Source: Gemmatimonadota bacterium (GTDB lineage Bacteria; Gemmatimonadota; Gemmatimonadetes; Gemmatimonadales; GWC2-71-9). Taken from it: 64,000 nucleotides of DNA. The notes beneath the pieces were generated by a model. It saw nothing but the letters and a program-made list of their open reading frames with translations. It was not told the origin of the DNA and did no database searches. The position numbers and the translations under genes are program-made. Below, piece after piece: positions 53,493 through 61,898 of the stretch. The first letter of the stretch is position 1. Each line of letters opens with the position of its first letter. Location: the NCBI GenBank assembly GCA_003222115.1, contig QHUL01000060.1, positions 2,351 to 66,350 on the forward strand, written 5' to 3'.

Positions 53493-53665
53493 CACGACCT
53501 GCTCGCAGTTCGAGGCGTCATGACAATTTGCGCTGCGGATGCCCCCGCCGGAGCCGTGGCAGCGTTGTCGGTGCACCCCGGCGCTCCGCCTTGCGGCGCA
53601 TCGTACCACTCCCCACGCCCCACGTAGTTATTATTGAACGGAGATCCGTCTCGATTCGAGGAGTC

Positions 53666-54103
53666 ATGGCAAGCATTGACGTTCCCATGTACGACCCCCG
53701 CCTCGTGCAACCCATGCGCGAGGAGCTGACGCGAATCGGCTTCCAGGAGCTCCGCACCGCTGATGAGGTGGACGCCGCGCTCGCCGCCGGCAGGGACACG
53801 GCGCTCGTCGTCGTGAACTCGGTGTGTGGCTGCGCCGCCCGCAACGCCCGCCCCGCGGCGACCCTCTCGCTGCAGCACGCGCGACGGCCCGATCGGCTGC
53901 TGACCGTGTTCGCGGGCCAGGACGCGGACGCCACGGCGCGGGCCCGCAGCTACTTCACGGGCTACGCGCCGTCGTCACCCCAGATGGCGCTGTTCAGGAA
54001 TGGCCAGCTCGTCTTCATGCTCGAGCGCAAGAACATCGAGGGACGGGCCGCCCAGGAGATCGCCGCGGACCTCGTGGCGGCGTTCGAGCGGTACTGCAGC
54101 TAG
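53666..54103 (+). CDS. BrxA/BrxB-family bacilliredoxin
   Basis: PMREEL, NSVCGCAA..ARP, TVFAGQD..AT..AR.YF, PSSP, IEG; AGGAG Shine-Dalgarno. Confidence 0.9.
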   Translation: MASIDVPMYDPRLVQPMREELTRIGFQELRTADEVDAALAAGRDTALVVVNSVCGCAARNARPAATLSLQHARRPDRLLTVFAGQDADATARARSYFTGYAPSSPQMALFRNGQLVFMLERKNIEGRAAQEIAADLVAAFERYCS

Positions 54104-54855
54104 AGGACCCGCTCGCGCCTCACGCGCACGTCGACGACCTGCTGCACCCAGGACCAGATCGAATCCTGCCGCTCCATCGGCACGCCGTCCACCATATGGC
54201 GCCGCCACCCCTTCATGACCTCGGAGTCCTGAGTCCAGAGCCGCACCCGCTTGCGGGGAACCCGCCGCTCCCACAGCTGCGCGACGGGAGGGTCGGCATA
54301 GAGCAGGCGCACGGTCACATTGCGCGACAGGTATTCCAGCGGGCTCAGGTCCACTCGCTTGTAGCGTTCGTCGGCAGTTAATCGACCCGCGCCTGGATAG
54401 TCGGGCTCGCCGTCGGAGAACAGCACGACGTTCAGCGGTGCTAGGATCAGATTGTTGCGCCGCACGTGCAACGCCGCGCGTTGGAAGAACGCGTTGAAGT
54501 CCGTGATCGGGTCCTCTTGGGGAAACCACGCGCGCAGGTCGGCCGCGATCTGCGTGGGTGACTTGCCCGTGAGATCCTGGATCGGGTGGAATACCTTGGC
54601 CTGCCCCGGACGCTCGCCGCCGAGCTCGCCGACGAAGATCGCCGTGTTCGGCTGCAGCCCGCCGACGCCGTTCAGGTGGCCGTAGATGTAGAGCGCCGCG
54701 AACTCGATCGCCCCGTTGAAACTGGGGTTGCGCCGGAACGAGCCGCTGATGTCCAGACCGATCACGAGTGTCGACCTGGGCGTCTCGGCCCGTTGCGACG
54801 GCGAGCACGCCACGACGCTCAGCGCGAGCGCGAGTGCCGCGACGCGACGCCTCAT
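54100..54855 (-). CDS. vWA-like lipoprotein
   Basis: Lipobox LSVVA-C; MIDAS elements LDISGS, TDF and LFSDG. Confidence 0.72.
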   Translation of the reverse strand: MRRRVAALALALSVVACSPSQRAETPRSTLVIGLDISGSFRRNPSFNGAIEFAALYIYGHLNGVGGLQPNTAIFVGELGGERPGQAKVFHPIQDLTGKSPTQIAADLRAWFPQEDPITDFNAFFQRAALHVRRNNLILAPLNVVLFSDGEPDYPGAGRLTADERYKRVDLSPLEYLSRNVTVRLLYADPPVAQLWERRVPRKRVRLWTQDSEVMKGWRRHMVDGVPMERQDSIWSWVQQVVDVRVRRERVL

Positions 54856-56081
54856 GACGCACCCCCCTCGACCGTGTGGGTCTTGCCGGTCGCGAAGATC
54901 GGCGTGCTTTGGAGCACCTGGTCGAGCGACCGGAACGGCAGATTGAAGTGCGGCTTGCCCATGATCACGACGACCAAGAAGTTGAACCCGCTGGCGACCA
55001 GCTGCAGCACCGGCAAGGTCAGCAGCTCCATCAGGTGCTGGGCCTCCTTCTTGAACCACTCGTGCTCGGCCTTGAGGGCGTTGATCGGCCCGCGCCAGTA
55101 CTCCGCGTCCGCGGTCGCGGCCGCCCGCACCGCGCCCACGCCTTCCATCGCCTTCCGGCCGAGGATGGCGAGGAGCGCCGGCGTCCCGAATCGGCCGAAC
55201 AGGAACCACGTCATGCCGCGCACGCCCACCCACCCCAGCAGGGCCAGCCCCAGAGTCCCGACGATCCCCAACTGGAACCCCTGCTGGGCCAGCCACGGCG
55301 TGATGGCGTCGATCAGCTCGCGGTACAGGAACAGCACCTCGAACAGGGCGACGGTGATCTCGACCAGCACCATCGCGACGATCTGCCCCACAGCCCGCGT
55401 CTTGATCGCCTCGTTCAGCACCTGGATGCAGGCGAAGCTGCCGCCGATGATGATGAACAGAAAGAACCATAAGATCACCACGAGGGCCAGGGCATTCACC
55501 TGGTAGCCCGTCAGGTCCGCGAGCAGCTCGCTCATCGTCGGGCGCAGCGTGAAGGTGAAGATCGTGGCCTCGATGGCGGACCAGAACAGCAGCAAGACGA
55601 ACGCGATCCAGGGCACCCCCGGCTGGCGCGAACTGGAATCGAGCATAGCGAAGGGCGACGTAACCAGGTTCTTCAGGGTTCTCCACAGCAGCCCGACGCC
55701 CAGCCGGAGCAGACCCCAGATCCAGCCGACGAACACCAGGAGGAAGCGCACCAGGCCGAACCAATAAAACCACGCCATGCGCACCGCATCCCACCAGGAC
55801 ATGACCAGCGCAGCTAGAAAGCGTCCGCGACCGGAACGGAACGGAATGGTGTAGAGCGAGACCATCGTGCCCCAGACGCCCGCGATGAGCACCGTCGCCG
55901 GGAAAAAGAGCAACAAGAACTTCCCGAGGATCTGCCAGAAGGAATCACCGAAGAGCACGGTTCGGAACACAAGCGCCTGCCAATCGATGATCCAGGACAG
56001 GCCGCCCCAGATCCAGCCCCACACCGTCTGCAGAATCCAGCTCCACTGTTCAGTCTGAGCGATGCCCACCGGATTTTGCAT
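54852..56081 (-). CDS. Hypothetical polytopic membrane protein
   Basis: 409 aa, Trp/Phe-rich, many TM helices; GGGAGG Shine-Dalgarno; ATGA coupling to the vWA gene. Confidence 0.75.
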   Translation of the reverse strand: MQNPVGIAQTEQWSWILQTVWGWIWGGLSWIIDWQALVFRTVLFGDSFWQILGKFLLLFFPATVLIAGVWGTMVSLYTIPFRSGRGRFLAALVMSWWDAVRMAWFYWFGLVRFLLVFVGWIWGLLRLGVGLLWRTLKNLVTSPFAMLDSSSRQPGVPWIAFVLLLFWSAIEATIFTFTLRPTMSELLADLTGYQVNALALVVILWFFLFIIIGGSFACIQVLNEAIKTRAVGQIVAMVLVEITVALFEVLFLYRELIDAITPWLAQQGFQLGIVGTLGLALLGWVGVRGMTWFLFGRFGTPALLAILGRKAMEGVGAVRAAATADAEYWRGPINALKAEHEWFKKEAQHLMELLTLPVLQLVASGFNFLVVVIMGKPHFNLPFRSLDQVLQSTPIFATGKTHTVEGGAS

Positions 56082-56144
56082 TGCTGTGTCCCTCCCTGGG
56101 GAACTGGCGGAACGGCGGCCGCGCTGAGTCTGCGGCAGGCGCGC

Positions 56145-56173
56145 ATTAATAGTGCGGCGTTTCGCCCTGTCAA
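56145..56173 (-). promoter_or_regulatory. Putative sigma70 promoter of the membrane protein/vWA pair
   Basis: Perfect TTGACA, 16-17 nt spacer, TATTAAT. Confidence 0.55.
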
Positions 56174-56290
56174 GCACCCAGCGTGATCTGCGTCACCATT
56201 CTGCGACGTCCGAGGCGGGCCGCATGCCGTCCCTCCAAGAGGCCAGGGCTGCCTCGCCCGCCGCAGAGCGAAGGTTGTATACTGTTTCCC

Positions 56291-56671
56291 ATGCCGGACG
56301 AAGCCCCCAAGCGTCTGATCGTCGTGGGCGACCGCGTGCTCATCGCCCCGGAAGAGGGGGAGGAGCGCACCAACGTCGGACTGTACCTGCCCGCCACCGC
56401 GCTGGAGGGCCGGCAGGTGCAGGGCGGCCGCATCATCGCGACCGGGCCGGGCACCCCCATGACGGAGCCGGCCAGCATGGACGACGAGCCCTGGAAGATC
56501 CACGGCCCCGACGTCAAGTACCTTCCGATGCAGGCGGGAATCGGCGACTACGCGCTCTTCTTCCGCAAGGCGGCGGTGGAGATCACATTCGAGGGTAAGC
56601 GCTATCTCGTGGTGCCGCAGGCGGCAATCCTCGTGCTCGTGCGGGAAGGGACCGCCGAGGAACCGGAGTAA
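56291..56671 (+). CDS. GroES/Cpn10-family protein (orphan, atypical)
   Basis: GDRVLI...EERTNVGLYLP...GRIIATGPG...GDYALF...EITFEGKRYLVV...IL; TATACT 7 nt upstream of the ATG. Confidence 0.82.
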   Translation: MPDEAPKRLIVVGDRVLIAPEEGEERTNVGLYLPATALEGRQVQGGRIIATGPGTPMTEPASMDDEPWKIHGPDVKYLPMQAGIGDYALFFRKAAVEITFEGKRYLVVPQAAILVLVREGTAEEPE

Positions 56672-56674
56672 GCC

Positions 56675-56992
56675 ATGGCCGAGCCGGGTTGGGTGCGGAG
56701 CAAGGGTGACCGTGCTGAGAAGGAGGGTCTGCGCCGCGGCGGCTGGTATCGCATCGTGGAGGACAGCGGCAAGCCCTGGGTCGTGGTGGACGTCCACCAG
56801 GTGGAAGTGCGCGTGCCGAGGGACAACCTGGAGGTTCGCAAGGACCGCCCCAAGTCGTGGAGTGTCGTCCACGAGCCCCACCTCGTCTGCCCGGGGTGCC
56901 ACAAGCGGCGGCACGTCTCCGGACAGCCGAAGGACGTGAAGTGCCACGAGTGCGGCAACACGTTCAGCGTGGACTGGACGGACCGCGGCTGA
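56675..56992 (+). CDS. Hypothetical protein with C-terminal zinc ribbon
   Basis: Good codon bias; CPGC...CHEC; beta-rich N-terminus. Confidence 0.65.
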   Translation: MAEPGWVRSKGDRAEKEGLRRGGWYRIVEDSGKPWVVVDVHQVEVRVPRDNLEVRKDRPKSWSVVHEPHLVCPGCHKRRHVSGQPKDVKCHECGNTFSVDWTDRG

Positions 56993-57070
56993 AGGCTGCC
57001 GGCGGGAAAACGCCGCCACAGGCGTAATTCGGGCTCCGGGCGGATGACCGGGGCCCATTTCATTGTCGTC

Positions 57071-58237
57071 ATGGTCACCTTCCCGGGCGGGCTTGGACGG
57101 GCGCGGGCGATTCTGGGCGAGCGGTTCGGGCACGGCGGCTTTCGCCCGGCGCAGCTGCGGGTGGTCGGCCCTCTCCTCGCGGGCCGCGACGTGCTCGCCG
57201 TGCTTCCCACCGGGGCGGGGAAGTCGCTCTGCTACCAGCTACCGGCTCTGATGGCGGACGACCTCACGCTCGTGGTGTCGCCCCTCATCTCGCTGATGCA
57301 GGACCAGGTGGCGGCGCTGCGACGGCGGGGCATCGCCGCCGCCTACCTCAGCAGCCTGCTCACGCCTGACCAGCGCCGCGTCATCCTCGACGCCACTCTC
57401 GCCGGCCGGCTGCGGCTCCTCTACTGCGCGCCGGAGCGGCTGCGCGCGCTGGTCGCACGGCTCCGCAGGGCGGGGCGACGGGTGTCGCTCCTGGCCGTGG
57501 ACGAGGCGCACTGCATCACGGAATGGGGCAACGAATTCCGTCCGGTGTACCGCCGGCTGGGTGAGTTCCGCTACCTGCTTGGCGACCCGACCACGCTCGC
57601 GCTCACGGGGAGCGCGACGCCCGCGACGCGGCGGGATATCCTTCGGGTACTCCGGACGCCCGGGGCCGAGGTCGTCGTGGCCTCGTTTGATCGGCCGAAC
57701 CTGCGCTTCACCGTCGAGCGGGTGCGGGACGACCGCGAGCGCTTCGCCCGGATCCGCGCGATCGTGCGGGGTGCGGCGGGACACACCCTCGTCTACACTC
57801 CCACGCGGCGCCTCACCGAGCTCGTGACCCGCGCGCTGTGGCGGCGGAGCCTGCCGGCGGCACCGTACCACGCCGGGCTGAGCGCCCCCATGCGCCGCCA
57901 CGCGCTGCTCGACTTCCTCGGGAACCGCGCGCCGGTGGTGATCGCCACGAGTGCGTTCGGGATGGGCATCGACAAGCCCGATGTGCGGTGCGTGATTCAC
58001 TGGGGACCGCCCCGCACGCTGGAGGGCTACTACCAGGAGGCGGGCCGGGCAGGCCGGGACGGTGGCCCGGCAGACTGCTTGGTGCTGTGGACGCGCGCCG
58101 ATGCGGAGCGGGGTGTGGTCGCTCCTGAGGTGCGGCGCTACGTCGAGTCGCACGCCTGCCGGCGTCGCATGCTACTCGCTCACTTCGGGCAAACGGGCGT
58201 CGTGTGCTCGGGGTGCGACCGATGCAACATCCCGTGA
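57071..58237 (+). CDS. recQ: RecQ-family DNA helicase (short form, no HRDC)
   Basis: PTGAGKSLCYQLP, SPLISLMQDQV, DEAHC..EWG.EFRP, AFGMGIDKPDVR, YYQEAGRAGRDG, CRR..LL.HFG...CSGCDRC. Start is 57071 or 57044. Confidence 0.9.
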   Translation: MVTFPGGLGRARAILGERFGHGGFRPAQLRVVGPLLAGRDVLAVLPTGAGKSLCYQLPALMADDLTLVVSPLISLMQDQVAALRRRGIAAAYLSSLLTPDQRRVILDATLAGRLRLLYCAPERLRALVARLRRAGRRVSLLAVDEAHCITEWGNEFRPVYRRLGEFRYLLGDPTTLALTGSATPATRRDILRVLRTPGAEVVVASFDRPNLRFTVERVRDDRERFARIRAIVRGAAGHTLVYTPTRRLTELVTRALWRRSLPAAPYHAGLSAPMRRHALLDFLGNRAPVVIATSAFGMGIDKPDVRCVIHWGPPRTLEGYYQEAGRAGRDGGPADCLVLWTRADAERGVVAPEVRRYVESHACRRRMLLAHFGQTGVVCSGCDRCNIP

Positions 58238-58327
58238 GAGGCTCGGGAAAAGGCCCGTAAACTGCGGGGGAAGGGGAAGGGTCCCTTCCCCCGCTTCTCA
58301 CCGGCCTCTCACGGGTCTCTCACCGGA
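58231..58327. repeat. Nested inverted repeat plus three 11-bp direct repeats between recQ and sga
   Basis: CCCGTGAGAGGC (58231) pairs with GCCTCTCACGGG (58304). Inner stem GCGGGGGAAGGG/CCCTTCCCCCGC. YTCTCACSGGN occurs three times at 58295, 58306 and 58317. Confidence 0.75.
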
Positions 58328-58405
58328 TCGGGGAGTGCCCCTACCCGACCGTGTGGTTGCGGGTCCGGCGCAGGGGGTGCAGAATGGCGGTGCTGGTGTA
58401 ACTTC

Positions 58406-58436
58406 AGCGAGAGCCGCGGGTTCTCGCTTTGTTTTT
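58406..58436 (+). terminator. Terminator-like hairpin in the sga leader
   Basis: AGCGAGAGC-cgcgg-GTTCTCGCT followed by TTGTTTTT, ending 24 nt before the sga ATG. Confidence 0.55.
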
Positions 58437-58460
58437 CTCCCCCATTCGAAGGACGCCGCG

Positions 58461-59732
58461 ATGCCTCGGATAGCCGGTCGCAACTTCCTCTTCGTTCCCG
58501 GTCCCACGAACGTCCCCGAGCGCATTCTGCGCGCCATGCACCGCGCGATGGAGGATCACCGCTCGTCCGCCTTTCCGGAGCTGACGCTTCCCCTGTTCCA
58601 GGATCTGAAGAAGATCTTCAAAACCACGACCGGACAGGTGTTTGTCTTCCCGGGCACCGGCACCGGCGGCTGGGAGACGGCGCTCACGAACACGCTCTCC
58701 CCCGGCGACCGCGTCCTGGCGCCGCGCTTCGGCCAGTTCAGCCACCTGTGGATCGATCTGGCGCAGCGCATCGGCCTGCGGGTCGACATCCTGGACGTCG
58801 AGTGGGGCGAGGGCGCCCCGGTCGAGCGCATCGAGGAGATCCTGACCGCCGACCGGCAGCACGAGATCAAGGGCGTGCTGATCGTTCACAACGAGACGGC
58901 GACCGGTGTGACGAGCGAGGTCGCGGGCGTGCGACGCGCGCTGGACGCCGCGGGGCACCCGGGGCTGTTGTACGTGGACGGGGTCAGCTCGATCGCGAGC
59001 ATCGACTTCCGAATGGACGAGTGGCAGGTGGACGTGGCGGTGACCGGCTCGCAGAAGGGGTTGATGCTGCCCGCCGGGCTCGCCGTGGTGTGCGCCAGCC
59101 CCAAGGCGCTCGCCGCGCGCGAGCGGGCGAAGTGCGCGCGCGTCTACTTCGACTTTGGCGACATGATCAAGGCCAACCCGAGCGGATACTTCCCCTACAC
59201 CCCGTCGGTGCCGATGCTGTACGGGCTACGGGAGGCGGTGAACGTCCTGCTCGAGGAGGGACTGGACGGCGTGTTCGCCCGCCATCATCGGCTCGCCGAA
59301 GGCGTGCGAGCGGCGGTGAAGGCGTGGGGACTGAGGCTCTGTGCCAGGGCCCCCAAATGGTATTCGGACACGGTGAGCGCGATCCTGGTGCCCGAGGGGA
59401 TCAACGGCGCGGACGTGATCGACGTCGCCTTCCGCCGCTACAATCTGGCGTTGGGCGCGGGCCTCGCACGGCTGGCTGGCAAGCTGTTCCGCATCGGCCA
59501 TCTCGGCGACCTGAATGAGCTGATGCTGGCCGGCGCTATCGCCGGGGCGGAGATGGCGATGCGCGACGTGGGCGTGAAGATCGCGCTGGGCGCGGGGGTC
59601 GCGGCCGCGCAGGACCACTGGTGCCGCACGGCGGCCCCGCTTCCCGCCCGGGCCGCCGCACCGCTGTCACCTGACGCGCAGTCCCAATCCGGCCTCAAGA
59701 CGACCCAGCCGCGCAGCGTCGCGAGGGCATGA
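58461..59732 (+). CDS. sgaA: Serine--glyoxylate aminotransferase (class V)
   Basis: GRNFLFVPGPTNVP, EDHRS, VHNETATGV, VDGVSS, GSQKGLMLP, FPYTP, FRIGHLG; serine-cycle context. Confidence 0.85.
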   Translation: MPRIAGRNFLFVPGPTNVPERILRAMHRAMEDHRSSAFPELTLPLFQDLKKIFKTTTGQVFVFPGTGTGGWETALTNTLSPGDRVLAPRFGQFSHLWIDLAQRIGLRVDILDVEWGEGAPVERIEEILTADRQHEIKGVLIVHNETATGVTSEVAGVRRALDAAGHPGLLYVDGVSSIASIDFRMDEWQVDVAVTGSQKGLMLPAGLAVVCASPKALAARERAKCARVYFDFGDMIKANPSGYFPYTPSVPMLYGLREAVNVLLEEGLDGVFARHHRLAEGVRAAVKAWGLRLCARAPKWYSDTVSAILVPEGINGADVIDVAFRRYNLALGAGLARLAGKLFRIGHLGDLNELMLAGAIAGAEMAMRDVGVKIALGAGVAAAQDHWCRTAAPLPARAAAPLSPDAQSQSGLKTTQPRSVARA

Positions 59733-60697
59733 GTCTCACCCGCCACGAGCCGGCGACGACGCGGCTGCAGCGCAGCGAGCTCGCGGTCCCCGGCTCCAAC
59801 CCCGCCCTGTTCCGCAAGGCACTCGAGAGCGAGGCGGACTACGTGTTCCTCGACCTCGAGGACGCCGTCGCGCCCGCCGACAAGGAGCAGGCCCGCCACA
59901 ACGTGGTCGCGGGTCTGCTGGAGCACGATTGGCGGGAGCGCGGCAAGACGATCTGCGTCCGGGTGAACGGCATCGACACGCATTACATGTATCGCGACGT
60001 CGTGGACGTGGTGGAGCAGGCGGGCCACCGCCTCGACGTGGTGCTCGTGCCGAAGGTCGGCGTGCCGGCGGACGTCTACCTCGTGGACGCGCTGCTGACC
60101 CAGATCGAGGCCGCGCGGCGCGTCCCGCGGCGCGTGGGGATCGAGGTGTTGATCGAGACGGCACTCGGGATGGCGAACGTCGAGGCGATCGCGCAGTCGA
60201 GCCCGCGGCTGGAAGCAATGCATTTCGGCGTCGCCGACTTCGCTGCCAGCGTGCGCGCCCGCACCGTGAGCATTGGAGGCCTCAACCCCGACTACCCCGG
60301 CGACCAATGGCACACGGCGCTGTCGCGGGTGGTCACGGCGTGCCGGGCGTACGGGTTGCGGCCGATCGACGGGCCCTACGGCGATTTCAAGGATCCGGAG
60401 GGTTTCGTCGCGGCGGCGCGGCGCGCTGCCGCGCTCGGCTGCGAAGGCAAATGGGCCATCCACCCGTCGCAGGTGCCACTCGCGAATGAGGTGTTCACGC
60501 CGCCGGCGGCGGAGGTCGAACGGGCGAAACGAATCCTGGCCGCGCTGGACGACGCGGCGCGTGAGGGGCGGGGAGCCGCGCAGCTCGACGGCCGCATGAT
60601 CGACGCCGCCTCCGCGCGCATGGCGCAGAACATCGTCGCGATCGCCGCGGCGATCGAGGTCCGGCGCAAGCCCGCGCTCGCGGGTCGTGGAGCGTAG
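59729..60697 (+). CDS. mcl: Malyl-CoA lyase (CitE-family CoA ester lyase)
   Basis: RSELAVPGS, DLEDAVAP, RVNGIDTHYMYRDVVDVVE, HFGVADFAAS, DGPYGDF, EGKWAIHPSQ. Confidence 0.85.
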   Translation: MSLTRHEPATTRLQRSELAVPGSNPALFRKALESEADYVFLDLEDAVAPADKEQARHNVVAGLLEHDWRERGKTICVRVNGIDTHYMYRDVVDVVEQAGHRLDVVLVPKVGVPADVYLVDALLTQIEAARRVPRRVGIEVLIETALGMANVEAIAQSSPRLEAMHFGVADFAASVRARTVSIGGLNPDYPGDQWHTALSRVVTACRAYGLRPIDGPYGDFKDPEGFVAAARRAAALGCEGKWAIHPSQVPLANEVFTPPAAEVERAKRILAALDDAAREGRGAAQLDGRMIDAASARMAQNIVAIAAAIEVRRKPALAGRGA

Positions 60698-60700
60698 GCG

Positions 60701-61894
60701 GTGGACATCCACGAGTACCAGGCGAAGGAGCTGCTGGCGGGGTTCGACGTGCCCGTGCCGCGGGGCGGGGTCGCCTACAGCGCCGAGCAGGCCGTCTACC
60801 GCGCGGCCGAGATCGGGGGCGACCGCTGGGTGGTGAAGGCCCAGATCCACGCGGGAGCGCGCGGCAAGGCGGGCGGTATCCGCGTGTGCACGAGCGACGG
60901 CGAAGTGCGGGCGGCGGCAAAGGCCCTGCTCGGCCGTAACCTCGTCACGCTGCAGACCGGGCCCGAAGGCCTCCCGGTGCACCGCCTGCTGGTCGAGCAG
61001 GCGCTGCCGATCGAGCGCGAGCTCTACGTGGGACTGGTGCTCGACAGAAAGCGGGAGCGCATCGTGGTGGTGGCCCATCCCCATGGCGGGATGGAGATCG
61101 AGGAGATCGCGCAGCGCGAGCCGGAGGCGATCCTGCGGGAGGTGGTGGAGCCCGCCGTCGGGATGCGTCCGTTCCAGGCCCGCGAGCTCGCGTTCGGCCT
61201 GGGTCTCGCCCCCGCGCAGCTGACGCACGCCGTGGCGGCGATCCTGGGCGCCTATCGTGCGTTCCGGGACCTGGACGCCACCATGGTCGAGATGAACCCG
61301 CTCGTCGTCACGAAGGAGGGCCAGATCCTGGCCCTCGATGTCAAGATGAGCTTCGACGACAACGCGATGTTCCGCCGCCTCAACGTGGCGGAGCTGCGGG
61401 ACTACGCCCAGGAGGATCCGCGCGAGGCCGAGGCCGCCGAGCACGGTTTGAACTACGTGGCCCTGGACGGCGACATCGGCTGCATCATCAACGGCGCCGG
61501 GCTCGCGATGGCCACGATGGACATGATCAAGCACGCGGGCGGCGAGCCGGCCAATTTCCTCGACATCGGAGGTGGAGCGAGCCCCGACCGCGTCGCCGCG
61601 GCCTTCCGGCTGGTCCTCGCCGACCGCAAGGTGAACGCGATCCTCGTGAACGTGTTCGCCGGCATCAATCGCTGCGACTGGGTCGCGCAGGGTGTGGTGC
61701 AGGCGGTGCGGGAGATCGAGGTCCCGGTGCCGCTCGTCGTGCGGCTCGCCGGCACCAACGTCCAGGAAGGCCGCCGCATCCTGCGGGAGAGCGGCCTCCC
61801 GATCATCACCGCCGACGCGCTGGCAGACGCGGCGGACCGGGTCGTCGCGGCCCGCAACAAGGCGCTCGCCGAGCAGGCGACGATGAGACACTGA
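60701..61894 (+). CDS. mtkA: Malate--CoA ligase (malate thiokinase) beta subunit
   Basis: [34 protein letters not shown], where SucC usually has FGGI-RCD; adjacent to mcl. Confidence 0.82.
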   Translation: MDIHEYQAKELLAGFDVPVPRGGVAYSAEQAVYRAAEIGGDRWVVKAQIHAGARGKAGGIRVCTSDGEVRAAAKALLGRNLVTLQTGPEGLPVHRLLVEQALPIERELYVGLVLDRKRERIVVVAHPHGGMEIEEIAQREPEAILREVVEPAVGMRPFQARELAFGLGLAPAQLTHAVAAILGAYRAFRDLDATMVEMNPLVVTKEGQILALDVKMSFDDNAMFRRLNVAELRDYAQEDPREAEAAEHGLNYVALDGDIGCIINGAGLAMATMDMIKHAGGEPANFLDIGGGASPDRVAAAFRLVLADRKVNAILVNVFAGINRCDWVAQGVVQAVREIEVPVPLVVRLAGTNVQEGRRILRESGLPIITADALADAADRVVAARNKALAEQATMRH

Positions 61895-61898
61895 GGTC

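Noticed and set aside
58231..58460. Glycine, ZTP or THF riboswitch before sga
   Set aside because: The conserved cores (GGAGA...CCGAAG...CTCTCAGG for glycine; CGCCTGGGC for ZTP) are not found in the right order.
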